Assembly: GCA_905331295.1 (NCBI GenBank)
Contig: CAJNYD010000459.1
Coordinates: 412,975 to 456,843 of the forward strand
Length of the DNA: 43,869 bases
Direction of reading: 5' to 3'
DNA from: Rotaria socialis
Taxonomy: Eukaryota
Shown here piece by piece: positions 1 through 11,600 of this stretch. A program made the position numbers and the translations under genes. The notes beneath the pieces are model-generated. The model made no database searches. It was not told where the DNA came from and saw nothing but the letters and a program-made list of their open reading frames with translations. Each line of letters opens with the position of its first letter. Position 1 is the stretch's first letter.

Positions 1-1159
1 TTTTCTAGAAATCTATATCGTATATATTTCTTATACTTTTATAAAATTGTTGATCAATTTTTTAAATCTTTATAAGTACATCTGTTAAAAATAGCACATA
101 TTTGTCTGGAGAGTTGTATAGGGTGCGGGTCATAAAAAAATTCTATTAGGAGATGTAGATGCAAAATGTATGAAATCATAAATACGGCGTTTTTACGAAA
201 TGTTAAGATGTTTTAACGTCTTACAATATGAAAGCGTCAAAATATGTATTCGCTGTAACGCATTTTTCAAGGCGCTTGTCTGACTGGGTTGTCCCATATG
301 TCAGAAATCGACCTTCATAGCTCTTTCCCATGTATAGTTTCGACGAATCTAAATAAAAAAAAGAAATAGTTATTTATAAAATAGTTTTATACTTACACTA
401 TTTGTTTGATATGGAACTAAAACTAGAAAAATATAAGATTTATAAAGACATATGTGAAACGATATATTCACTTTGAATACATTGCACCAATGGACCGAAA
501 TAAAAGGAAGGAAATAATCACAGAGAAAGTTTTGATACTTCCATTTTCATTTTGAATTTTGAATGGAAGTAAATAAAAGAAAAGATACAAATATATAAGT
601 AAATCACCCTTATTTTCCATTAGCTGTGGTGACTGACCTAAATTAAAGACAAGCTGAAATTATTTTTGAAATGTTACTACTTACATTATTTTGAGCTTAT
701 TTTCAACCAAGTAAAGGAAGAATATCAATATATTGAAGCAAAATGCCTACTTTAATTTGTTCTTTTGGATGGATGTAAAAACAAACTTTTTTTCTGAATA
801 TCACAGCACGTTTGGAATAAATCCTCAATCACCATAATATCTTTCAGATTGATTTAGCTCAAAGTTTTTGTATGAAGTTGCTCACGTGAAGCCATCTGCT
901 TTTGATTTTTAAACAATGTACGGATTGAAGTTTAGCTCGAAATGATTCAAAATTTATTAGAGAAATTAGCGCCTCTTTATCATACCGTTATGTTTTACGA
1001 AACAGGTACGAAATGAAAAGTGTATCGATGCATGAATGGCAGCATTGTGAGAAAATGATTGGATTAATATGTTTATTATATTAAATTGTTTGAAGTGCCC
1101 TGTGAGAAATTTTCATGATATATATATATATATAAGTTGAAAAAGTGTGATCCTTTGAA

Positions 1160-1446
1160 CGAAGAATAAAAAGTCCTTTTGATGATGGAGTAGAAGAATA
1201 AATCCCTCATCGTAGAATAAAATACCCTTAGTACGAAAGTAATAAACCCTTTTCTCGAAACCGCATATTAAAATACCCTTGAAGATAAAATCATATACCC
1301 TTCTCCCTAAATCTCAGATTAATAAACCTTTTTTTTCTTGTATCATCTTTTTTTCATATACCCTTCGTTTCATAAACCCTTCAAGGGTTTAGCATGATTT
1401 GTAGAAAGGGCAAGGGCTTATTATTCTGCTCTTTTTGTTTACAGTG
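1160..1446. mobile_element. One end of a CACTA/CMC-type (CACTG-terminated) non-autonomous DNA transposon with subterminal repeats
   Basis: Ends in ...TTTACAGTG at 1446 (reverse complement CACTGTAAA...). It is preceded by about 9 copies of a WATAAA(N)CCCTT/CATATACCCTT motif, which switch to the inverted form (AAGGG..TTATT) near the end. The matching left end was not found. Confidence 0.5.
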
Positions 1447-3589
1447 TGTAGGTATTGGAAGTTGGATGCTGATTTATTGTCGTTGGTTAGTGATAGGTGA
1501 ATGATATTGTGGCATTTGGTAATTCATTTTTATTGTGATATGTTTGTGGAGAGTTCGATTTGAAGCAACGGAAGAGGATTGGAATAGAAAAACATGGTTG
1601 GATTATTGTGATTGTATAGATTTTGTGTGCAACTGACGTCGCTGGAAACTTTTCCTATTTCTTATTTTTTGCATGGTTGTTGTACAAATTGGAAAAAGTA
1701 ATAAAGAACCGGGATTGGAGTTGACGAATGTTTTGACTAAGGTACTAATTGGAGTGTGATTTTTAATGAATGAGGTTGATGAAAATTGATGTGTTAAAGC
1801 TTTTTTTTTTGTATTACAAACTAACGTTCAGTTTGAACTTAAGTTGCAAGAGAATATGTTTTAAGGAAAATAACTGTATTGAATCACACTGAAGAGAACG
1901 ATTTTGCATTGCTAAATTTATGGTAGGTTGGCGTTTTATCTGTATTGTAATTTTGTCTAAATGTTTTCAACTACCTTTTGTATTGATATGAGCGATTCCA
2001 TTCAAGTAAGGGATTAAGAACATTAGTTTATAAAATACCTTTTCCTTTGCACGGAAAGGAAAAAAGGTAAGATGAAAGTAAAACCAAATAGTTTAAATAC
2101 CCGAGTTTTTTGTCATTTAGTGTGTCATGTATGTAGGAATCACAATCATGTGATTTGCATGGAAAAAAGTCCTGTACTGTTCCAAATATGAAATGTCACG
2201 CCTATTCATAGTCCTATGTGATCGATTAGCAAACAATGAACAAGATATTGAATCTCTTTTTGAACCATTGTCTTCCGTGTAACGCTGGTCGCTTCGACTC
2301 GCTTGATCTCGACGGAGGGATAAAGGTGCTGTGCGATAAATTTGTTTGGAAAAATAATCAGTGACTGCCAATTACATAGTGATTGTACAGCCTGCTTTTG
2401 GTTTCAGACTGATCTATCAGATTGTATTCATGTTAAAATTGTAATAGTGTCCATGTTTGAAAATCTGATATTGTGAAGTGTTTACAGTGCTGAATTATTT
2501 TTCTTTATAATATCAAGGTAAGTTATTATCCATGCATCGTTTTCGTCTAGAGACAATGCGTGGGTTTTTAATAAATTAAAAAATGCTGCTTTTGAACTTG
2601 TGGATAAAACTCATTGAATAAATAAAAACATACAAGTAACCTAGTTGATGCTATTGTATGACTGCTTGTAAGTTTATTTCGATGAGAGTAGAAAAGGCCC
2701 AGATGTTACCCATGAATGTGGTTGATTTTAATAACTGTTCGATTACTTTTCGAACTAACTGTTGATTTCTATAATATGTTTATTCTTAAATGGATGAGTT
2801 CGAGTACGATTTAATATCGGTCTATATCTATGTACATCCTCTGTAAAGAACAACGATTAACAAAGAAGTGAACTGTGGTTCGATCTAATCTCTATGATAA
2901 TGTTCACATTAACCAGAACTAACATTGAAAGAAATATACCATTCCTTTAAAAAGCATCCAAATATGAAAATAAATAAAACCATATGTGAGAAGAAAGAAA
3001 CTGCACTGATCGAGCTTCATCATTAATACTGATCTATTTGTTTCAAAGCAGACCGACTAAAAATCTTCAATTAAAGACAAATACACTAGACATATTGAGA
3101 TCACAATGAATGTTTATCAATGATAGTGAAAAAATAAAATATAAAACAAAATTCTCAAGCAATGATCGTCTTTTGTACGTATGGCGATTAATCAAATAAT
3201 GAGTAAGCAAATTATTTATTTGATGTTATTCTAGATAACGTTCATAAATGCTTGTTTATTGGTTTGAGACTAATAGGATAAAGATAGCTAATGAAATTAA
3301 GCATTGACAAAATTGAACGTAAATTCATTTTGCAAAGAATTTTCGATGATCAGCATGTATATTTCTTCATCATTTTTCCTTCTTCTCATTCGTCGTTGAT
3401 TGAGATTACAAAGCGGTCGTAGGGGTGTGGGTGTGAGTAAATCAATTCAAAACAGATTAACCTATCTCTGAACGAAAAGACAAATCAATCTGCTAGTCTC
3501 AACTCTTACTTTTCAGTCATCGATCGAAGTCGAAAAATGATATAATATTATATTATATATTTAAATTTGTGCTTGAATTAAATAAAATG

Positions 3590-4250
3590 TAGAGTTTTAT
3601 TTCGCCGACGCGTTTCGTGCTATTTATTTATTGAGATAATGAAACACTCTTCAGGGCTCTGCATTACAAATAAGCACAAGTTTTGAAATAAGAAAGAGAT
3701 AAAATTACAAATTAGAATACAAATTATAGAATGGGATAGATTTCAAAAATTACACACTCGAGATAGCAGTTCACAAAAGAAGAACTTTATCCAAAAGCAT
3801 AATCTGGAGTGGATGTATATGTCGTTCAATTGGATAGATCTTGATTTAAGTCCTTGATATTTTTAGTCTTTAACGTTTTTGTTCTGATGGATTCAATGTG
3901 GGATGCGATATATCCGTTATACTTCGTTTCGAAGGTGGACGCCGATTTTGTCCCACTTCGTATGATAAGTTTTTGGATCAGATCAAAGTTGAGTTTAGAT
4001 TGAATCAAAGTTACTCCAAATGGAAAAATAGAACCAAATCGTTTTTAACCAGAGCGTTTTGAACAGATTGAAATGCGGTGTATTTTTTAGAAAGTAGGTT
4101 CCAATTTTGTTTCACTCGTAGCTGTTTTTGAATCGGATCTAAGGTTAGTTTAACTTGACTTAAAGTTAGTCTAAAATATAGCCAAAGCTAGTTTATAAGT
4201 AGAATATTTCCAGTTGTTTGTATTAACGTTTTCAGGTATAATGGGCTACA
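3590..4250 (-). mobile_element. Probable degraded 3' end of a Penelope-like retroelement
   Basis: The hammerhead lies ~170 nt downstream, on the same strand, of a broken reading frame (3826-4008, continuing ...LNQDLSN*TTYTSTPDYAF). That is the usual arrangement of PLE 3' ends. Protein similarity is weak and unverified. Confidence 0.35.
3604..3657 (-). ncRNA. Minimal type I hammerhead ribozyme (Penelope-like element type)
   Basis: The minus strand reads gcc CUGAAGA gugUU...agcac GAAA CGCG UC ggc. The CUGANGA and GAAA boxes are intact. Stem I is gcc/ggc, stem II is guguu/agcac, stem III is the palindrome ACGCGU, and there is a GUC cleavage triplet. Confidence 0.85.
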
Positions 4251-4406
4251 TCCGTAATTGTTTGCAATGTTCATTTACATTCTATTTGAAGCAGGAATTT
4301 TATAAGTATTGGTTAAATTTATAATCCATATTGAATCGATTTTAACTATTATGGATAGAATCGAATACAATTGACTTATATACGTTCGTTGAAATAAAAT
4401 ATTAAT

Positions 4407-4746
4407 GGGTGAATATCCATGAGGACCCATCTACTTTTTTGGAAAGGTTTTTTTTTTATTTTTTTCCGATTCAAAATGCCGGTATGCACTCGAAAACACT
4501 TTTAATGGAAAAAAATGAAATACTTTGTATTAAAAATTCCGAGTTTTTCAGTAATTTTTCGGAACTCCTATGGTGTATTTTTACACATAGAAAAACTATC
4601 AGGAAAATACCTAAAACTTCTTCAAAAACTATTTTTTCGAGCTTTTCTTGTGTTCAAAAATATGAAACAAGTCAAGAAATATATTTCCTGAGAAACATTA
4701 GAAGCATCCTATTAAAAGTCTTGAGTGCTCAGTCATTTTCTATGAA
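4407..4746 (+). repeat. Left terminal inverted repeat (~340 bp)
   Basis: Reverse complement of 7915-8254 with scattered substitutions, roughly 90-95% identical by eye. The spurious ORFs 4409..4789(+) and 7910..8116(-) mirror each other. Confidence 0.95.
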
Positions 4747-4869
4747 TATAGCAACAGGCATATTTCCAACTTCAGATGCACTCAATTAATTTGAAGAATT
4801 ATTATCTTCTCTTTCTCGTAGAGTGCAACAACTTTCATAATACTATCTTATCAGAACGATATTGAACCG

Positions 4870-7781
4870 ATGACTTTGCTTACATCACTAGAACGATTTG
4901 CCATTAAATCGTCTTGTAGAAGTGACACTACGAATTCGAAATGGACATTATCATCGAAATAACAGATTTTTCATTTCTCTATAAGGACATCTGTAGACGT
5001 AAAGTATTATCCACAAATATCGTGATTTCAAACGAGTAAAATTACGAAATGAATTATTGGATATTAGAAAATATGAATTGTCCATTCTTATCTTTTTTTT
5101 TGCAAAATTACCCCAATGCCGAAAGGCGAAAGATTTGTGAACATCTGATAAAGCATGCAAAATCTACACGTGTGCCAAAAGGAATAGTAGTTGTGTCATC
5201 ACAATTATCAAAATTTTTGATTTCTCAATATGATGCGACTTACACTCGAATTTGCTGGTTATGTCCAAGGTGCCATGCATTTGAATCGAAGAAAATGATG
5301 ACTCATCAATCAATGGAGCTCAACAACGATGAAAGTTCAACTGATGATGAAGTCATGAAAGAAGGTTCTCCTGTCAATGATGACACAATTGATGATGACG
5401 CTGTCAATGTGGAATTTGATGATCTGAATGAAGAAGAGAAAGAGAATCCTCATATGGACAGTGATATCATAGCTGAGTCAAGTGACAATGATAAATCAAC
5501 TGATCCTGAATCAATGGGAGAAGATGCAGGCCATGCTTTGTATGAACTCGAACACCAGAAAGACAAAGCAATGGAAAAATTATCAAAAATATTCGAACTA
5601 TTGGACACAGATCCAATCCATGGCAGGTTAATTTAAAAATTTAATTCAAATTTTCTGAAACGACAATATATTTAGATCAGCAGTACTACCCATTCGAGCC
5701 AAAGTCGATGAGGTGTATAGAAAACTTAATCGATTATGTGATATATTGGATTGAAAGACTCAAGTTTTGCATGATCCAAATCCTCACGGACTCATGATAC
5801 GTGAATCAAATGAACTTGTGGGTAGTTTGAGAAAGTTATATGCTGATAGCGATGCTAATGAAGAAGTTCGCTTGATGACAATTGCTCCCACAGAATGTGG
5901 TCGACAAAAAATTGAAAAATGGTACGTATTTTATCCTCCTTTCGTTTGATATCGACGTATATTTCTAATCAAATGTTACTAAAAACCTCTTTCACTTATC
6001 AGGTTCAACTCAAAGCCAAATCAGGCTCAACGATTGCTCGTTCTTCGAAAAAACAATGGAATATTAGCTTATACACAATGTATACGAGGAAATAATCGTC
6101 CTTTATCTGATTCAACAATTGATGCTGTGGTCAAATTCTATCGTGAGGATTGTTAGATAGTTACGTTTACCTAACTCTTTATTTCTTCAAACCGACTTCC
6201 ACTAGAATCACTTCAACTACTAACTCCTCTTAGGTCTCTTGACCAATAGAGAGATAACAGAAAGACGAAGAGGTAGTGGTCGCAGATAGCGCCACTACCT
6301 AACAAGGATGGTATCAGTCGAACCTCATCCAATTCCAAAGACACAATTAAAATCGACGGGCAACCAGTGGCAGTTCGGCTTTTAGAAATGACTCTCTTGG
6401 ATGCTTATCACATATTCGATGAACGACATCCTGGAGCTGTTGCAAGATCAGCTTTTAATGCTCTTCGACCACGAGAAGTAAAAACCGCAACACCACATGA
6501 CACGTGCATGTGTATTATCCATGAGAACATGGATCTACTATTGAAGGTTTGTACCAGTTGTATATTGATTCGAATGTAACGTAGCTTTATTGCAGGGGTG
6601 GAACAACTACTACCGAAAATGCGTCAGTGTAGGTTCTTTATGAACTAATGACAAGGTCAATATGAAGGATCTGATCACTCAAATGGTTTGCACTATCTCT
6701 AATGAAAAGTGCTTTAATGATGAATGTGATGATTGCCCAACGAAAAGCATCACGGATATTCTCACAGATAACAACATGATGGATTTAGATGACGAATGCT
6801 CATGGAATTTGTGGAAGAAAGTCAATAATAAGTTCGACCTTCAACAGATGTCTGGCTCAATTGACTCTCTATTAACGGAAATTGAAGAAGGCTGGCCATT
6901 ATTCTTACTTCACACACATATTAATCGTGAACAACGTGAATGTATCAAAGACTTGCGTTGCCAATCAACGGACAAAACGTTCGTTGTTGCTCAAATAGAT
7001 TTTTCAATGAATTATACACTGGTACGTCAGCGTGAAGTTCAACAAGGATTTTTTAGTCAGCACCAAGTCACCTTATTTACAATTCATCTGACCATAGGAA
7101 AAGAACAACGAAATTTAGCGATCATTAGTGATTATATGGAACACACAACGGTGTTTGTGCACTGTGAACAAAAGGTTCTTACTCAATTTATCAAGAAAAA
7201 TTTTCCGTTGGTAAAGAAGATCAATTATGTGAGGTAAATTTCACTTTTCTTGAAGTTTATGTATTACGTCAACTCTTTCCTTTTATTTAGCGATGGTGCA
7301 TGTGCGCATTTCAAAAACAATGCCAGCATTTTGAACCTAATTCACCACAAGATCGACTTTGATTTGGATGCTTGTTGGACATTTACAGCTACAGGGCATG
7401 GAAAGGGTGCTGGCGACGGCATTGGTGCAGTACTTAAGTTCTCGGCTAGACGTGCTACACTTTCCAAGAATATTCTCATGTCAAATCCAAAAGACTTCTA
7501 CGAATTCACACAAAAACAACAACTTGAAACAGCAAGAAGATCTAACAAAGATATTCCTGGTGTTCATGCCTTCTTTCTTGAATCAGATGAAATAGAAGAA
7601 GCGAAAAACTTCGAACAACAGGTGAAAAAGGCTTTTGCTTCTATTCGTTTATATCTGTATTGATTTAGGTACACTACAAGGAATTCGAACTAAGCATGAA
7701 TTCAAACCGATCAGCAATTCAACGGTTCAATATAGTTTGACATCTCGATCAACACATATCAGGACATTTACATTCAAATAA
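4870..7781 (+). pseudogene. Intron-containing Sola2-like transposase pseudogene
   Basis: GT-AG introns at about 5627-5675, 5922-6002, 6547-6596, 7233-7290 and 7622-7668 join ORFs 5049, 5767, 6367, 6662 and 7250 and a last exon GTLQGIRTKHEFKP...TFK* (stop at 7779-7781). Lesions: in-frame TGA near 5752 and near 6641, the solo LTR at 6151-6304, and a frameshift near 7605. The 5' start is uncertain. Confidence 0.85.
6151..6304 (-). mobile_element. Solo LTR (154 bp) of an LTR retrotransposon
   Basis: TGTTAG...CTAACA termini and a perfect 5-bp TSD AGGAT (6146-6150, 6305-6309). AATAAA lies on the minus strand ~27 nt before the end. Removing the insert and one TSD restores the transposase frame FYRED|GISRTSSNSKD. 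Confidence 0.9.
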
Positions 7782-7914
7782 AAATCCTTTTTAGGTCGTT
7801 TCTAGTCGATCAAACTTTTTAAAGTCAAACTTAATGATGATACGCAACATTCAGACAAAGTGGACAGCTTCTTATGTCCTCCCTTTACTAGATTTCTTTA
7901 GTCTTAGGTTCATG

Positions 7915-8254
7915 AATTCGAAGAAAATGATTGAGCAATCAAGACTTTCAATAGGATGCGTCTAATGTTTCTCAGGAAATATATTTCTTGACTTGTTTCA
8001 TATTTTTGAACACAAGAAAAGTCCGAAAAAATAGCTTTTGAAGAAGTTTCAGGCATTTTCCTGATAGTTTTTCTATGTGTAAAAATACACCATAGGAGTT
8101 CCGAAAAATTGCTCAAAAACTCGGAATTTTTAATACAAAGTATTTCATCTTTTTTCCATTAAAAGTGTTTTCGAGTGCATACCGGCATTTTGAATCGGAA
8201 ACAAATAAAAAAAAACCTTTCCAAAATAGTGGATGGGTCTTCATGGATTCACCC
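7915..8254 (-). repeat. Right terminal inverted repeat (~340 bp)
   Basis: Inverted copy of 4407-4746. Confidence 0.95.
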
Positions 8255-9144
8255 ATAGTTTGAAACGCCTAAAATTTGACTTACCGTGTGAGTCTTTGTT
8301 ATTGCGCTGAAGAAGGAAACAATAGTAAGTGTTGAAAAAAATGAATCGCATATATAGTAGTAATATTTGTTCCTATCTTTGTTTTTCTTTATCAATTGAA
8401 GAAAGTTTGCTTTTTTTCTTTCGCAAGTTTGCAAAAAAAAAACTTTTCATGGAAATATGATATGCGGAAAAATTACTAACCCAACATGAAATTAATTCAA
8501 AAGTCATATCTTACCTGCGTGGAAAAATCTTTGGACATAGTAACAATTGTCTTATCTATTGTGTGTCACTGATAATATATTTGTCGTAGACATGTAAGAA
8601 GGACTGATGTGATTTAATGACTCGTATATATGGCTCAATTGTTGTGTCTTTATGTCGAATCTGGGAAACATCCAAGAAGAAATCTGTAAAAGACATTTTT
8701 CTTAGAAAAATCCTTGTTAATTGAAGTACAAAAGTTGTGCATCGACTGTCTATTATTTATTCATATAGCTTGTTTCATCCTATTTCATAGCCGTTCGGTT
8801 GTAAAAGTTACTCGATATTTTTTCGAATTTTAGGCTGATCGATCCGAAGATTCGATACATTGCTGTCTCGACGATTGTCAATATTTCTTTTTGTGAGTAT
8901 TTCAATTATTTATCTTTGATCGATTGATTCTGCACTTTTGAATGGAGAGTATTTTCGACCTGTCTCTCACCGCCTATGTCTCTGAAAAGACTTTTGAATA
9001 TGCTCATGTTTGGTCTCATCACATAGTACGATAGATATGGTGAAGATCTCTATCACGATTGAAGGGACTCCGTCGTGTTTTACATCTTAATTTAATAGAA
9101 ATTACTCTAAAAGCTATATTGTAACATAAATAATAGCTCCGATA

Positions 9145-9190
9145 GGTTTATCACCCGTTGGGCCAGCGTTGGGCTCACGTGCGCTAGTTT
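9145..9190 (+). mobile_element. Candidate Helitron/Helentron-type 3' terminus
   Basis: GC-rich imperfect hairpin CCCGTTGGGCCAGCGTTGGGC, followed a few nt later by CTAG-TTT (9184-9190). The 5' end was not located. Confidence 0.4.
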
Positions 9191-9319
9191 CCTTTCCCTT
9201 TTTCTTTCTACGGACGACGATATCTGCTCTCATTTCCGCCCAATGCTTCACCCATATTTAGGGTACATATGATGGGGAATTTGAATTTGGGCAAATTCAC
9301 TTTCTTTAAAAAAAGATGA

Positions 9320-10060
9320 ATTTGTGGCAAAATGGTTATCCATATGTGAAAGGGGGGAGAGAAAGTGGCCACTTGTGCCATAGACATGGTCGTTTCCGCC
9401 ATTGTTACAGACAGACACAGATGAATTACGGTTTCCAGATCCAATCCTTTCAGTCTAGGGAATATCAATTTTGAGAAAAACCTTGAAAAAATGCTTTGAT
9501 GGCCGAGAAACAGGTATTTAATTTTCGAACAATCAGAGCGCGGACAAAGAGACGAGCAATTTCCATTGTCTATATTCATCCTTTCAGGATTGAGAAAAGC
9601 TAAAACCCAAATCATATCAAAACCAGTTTTGGTTTTGGTGTATGCCCAGTACTGGGTAATATTGCTCTGTTGTGGGAATTGTTTTTGGTAATTTCTGTCA
9701 AAAGAACTTTTCCAACGAATCAGTTTAAGGAAGAATTTGCAAACGCCACGACACTGGAGCTCCGGGCTCCAGGGAACTCCATTGGAATCCAGCGGACTCC
9801 AATGGCTGAATTCGAGTATTGTTGTATGTTTGTCTCTAAATCAAGACTAATATATATTTCATTGGCTAATGCACATAATTAAGAAACAATCAAAACATAG
9901 GAGTATCAAATTTTTATAATGGGTACCTAAAGAAAGGCAAGAATTTTACAAGATTCCATGTGGCTTCAAGTGACTGGAATCTGCTGTTTCCCCCTTACCT
10001 GTGCCTGTCTGTAACCGTGGCACAAATGGTCATTTTGTTTTACATATGGCCATTCCCAAG
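9320..10060. repeat. Pair of diverged, inverted copies of a repeat family (about 9320-9430 minus, 9995-10060 plus)
   Basis: The reverse complement of the left copy has CTGTGTCTGTCTGTAAC...TGGCACAAGTGGCCACT...CACATATGG. The right copy has CTGTGCCTGTCTGTAAC..TGGCACAAATGGTCATT...TACATATGG. Confidence 0.5.
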
Positions 10061-10129
10061 ATACAAACCACCGCTGGATCTATAGGAGAGTCACGCGTAA
10101 TAGCGCCGCTAGTAATGTACTGAAACTTT

Positions 10130-10238
10130 GCCGAGACTCTAGGTCTCGGTCGGTCTCAGTCTCAGTCTCAGTCTCTTGCTAAGCGAAGAACCTACGAGCT
10201 TAGTCGAAGTCGAGACGCTCGGTCTCAGTGCATCCCTA
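10130..10238. mobile_element. hAT-type MITE fragment with GTCTC(A/G) subterminal repeats
   Basis: Tandem GTCTCA/GTCTCG units end in GCATCCCTA (reverse complement TAGGGATGC, a hAT-like terminus). Only one end is recognisable. Confidence 0.5.
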
Positions 10239-10714
10239 GACACTCCAGTCCCAGTGACGGCGGCAGTGGAGGAGATGGGCTGAGCCTTCCTACGAAATTT
10301 TGGGTCTGCTAGCGCAAAATTTCTGAACAACGCGTTATAGTAACTAGTTGAGACTCAGCCCCACGCCACTCTGAAAGACCTTTTCGTAGACGAAACCGTG
10401 GTTTGGTTACTGCCCCATTCTCCTCTTTTAGCTTGACTTAGCGTGGGTTTTATTAGTGATTTTCCTTGGGAAACTTTAATTTTCGTCCCATTCGTACCGG
10501 CAGTTTCACTTATTCAGCTTCCCCCTTCGCACCTCCGTTCAGCTTATATACGATCGCCCATCTGGAATTTTCAGGATCCCCCTCTGGCACAAACAACCAA
10601 TTTTCTTTCCTGTCCATATATTTGTAAGCATGAGCCCTGCCAGTTTAGGTCCAAATGAATCGATTCTCGATTCACGCTACTTGTATTTTCAAGAAACCAG
10701 ATATTGTTCGGCTC

Positions 10715-10841
10715 TAGGAATGTGATAGTTCTCAGATCAAAGCTCAGATCAAATGAGCGAAAGAATTGTTATAGGCATCATCCATGGGAAACTCTAACAG
10801 TTCTCGAGATCTGAACTAAAAACTGAACTGTCACATCTCTA
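10715..10841. mobile_element. Small hAT-type MITE (127 bp)
   Basis: 17-bp imperfect TIRs, TAGGAATGTGATAGTTC vs reverse complement TAGAGATGTGACAGTTC (14/17 match), with internal CTCAGATC repeats. The flanks ttcggctc/tcggatac are only partly similar. Confidence 0.55.
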
Positions 10842-10916
10842 TCGGATACATGTTAACCGATCGGAGGCGGACTGGTGCTCGCGATTGTGGTCTATCGACT
10901 CAGATCGTGGTGGTAC

Positions 10917-11142
10917 GACCAGATTCATGGCATTTCCGTCGATTTCCTGACGCTATATTCTAAAACGGGCCCTATCTCCGATGCCGATTCTATTCCAGTC
11001 ATTTCTGGCAGTCGGAAAACGGAGATCAAACTGCAGCGAATTCTTCATATTTTCCGGCGGGTTCTTGCTGGAAACAGTATTTTTCCTGCGGAGTCCCAGG
11101 CGAAAATTCGCGGAATACTCTGTCAGGAATCATTGACCTGGG
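10917..11142. mobile_element. Degraded CCCAG/CTGGG-ended MITE
   Basis: GC-rich island with repeated TTTCC(G/T)G / GGAA motifs, ending GGAATCATTGACCTGGG. The left end is degraded (ACCAGATTCATGGCATTTCC). Confidence 0.45.
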
Positions 11143-11228
11143 GAAACTATATTGGTGGTGACGATATGAGCCAGATTGGTTAAGATTATAAAGGGTTTGG
11201 AGAGTGGATCGAAACTTCTGATAGGTAC

Positions 11229-11600
11229 GCCGCTATGGCTAAATAGTTAAAATGTTTGGCACATATCCACAAGATATCATGTTCGAACCTCGGCTCCATC
11301 AGTCATAGAATGATCTTGGACAAGTCACTAACGGCTGTTTTGTCTCGGACCACCCATCCGATAACAAATTGACTACATAGTTGACGTGCACTAAATAGTT
11401 CTTGTGACTAGTATGTGTATGTGGTTAGTCAGTATGTATGGGGAGCTTAAGAAATTAAGCGAGAAGAACTCTGAGTCAGGCCGGCCTTCTGTCCAGAGCT
11501 ACATTTAGTAATAGATGTAGGGAAAATATCGGGCTTCTCGAAACTATCCTCGGACAGCACCCTACACCGAAAGGTAGCCGAAAGGCGGGGTATTCTTCTT
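11229..11600 (+). mobile_element. tRNA-derived SINE with CORE-like domain (372 bp)
   Basis: Perfect 14-bp TSD CTTCTGATAGGTAC (11215-11228, 11601-11614). tRNA-like head with A and B boxes. TGATCTTGGACAAGTCACTAAC at 11311-11332 resembles the MIR/CORE motif TGACCTTGGGCAAGTCACTTAAC. The element ends in a structured 3' region and a (TTC)n tail. Confidence 0.9.
11236..11289 (+). promoter_or_regulatory. Internal RNA polymerase III promoter (A box and B box) of the SINE
   Basis: A box TGGCTAAATAG starts at element position +8 and B box GTTCGAACC starts at +53, which is tRNA spacing. Confidence 0.75.

Larger units (their letters stand above)
4407..8254 (+). mobile_element. Sola2-like DNA transposon, full length (~3.85 kb), inactivated
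   Basis: Long TIRs with GGG...CCC termini (GGGTGAATATCCATGAGGACCCATC at 4407; GATGGGTCTTCATGGATTCACCC ending at 8254) enclose a DDD transposase. Its motifs are FYxxDxxSR, CxCxxHEN, IDFSMNY...Q..F..QVTLF, ISD..EH, SDG.C.HFKN and W.F.ATGHGKG.GDG.G. No clean 4-bp TSD (TAAT vs ATAG); only AT flanks both ends. Confidence 0.85.

Noticed and set aside
76..350. Repeat-like segment at the window start
   Set aside because: No paired termini or second copy are visible within the window.
3421..3437. GGGTGTGGGTGTGAG resembling TGTGGG telomeric repeats near the hammerhead
   Set aside because: Only about two units. The same motif occurs in the MITE at 14412-14519, so a telomere-addition scar cannot be supported.
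4409..4789. 126-aa ORF and its near-identical counterpart at 7910-8116 (-)
   Set aside because: Both lie in the transposon TIRs. The similarity is just the inverted repeat, and the starts are non-ATG.
8284..8580. Two minus-strand GTAAG donor sites suggesting exons of a gene hosting the Sola element in an intron
   Set aside because: No convincing reading frame or downstream exons could be assembled.
11229..11300. Possible tRNA gene
   Set aside because: The acceptor and T stems are broken, and it is the head of a TSD-flanked SINE.
11479..11557. GGCCGGC start suggestive of an HDV-like ribozyme
   Set aside because: No proper P1 3' strand, P3/L3 or J4/2 consensus could be fitted.
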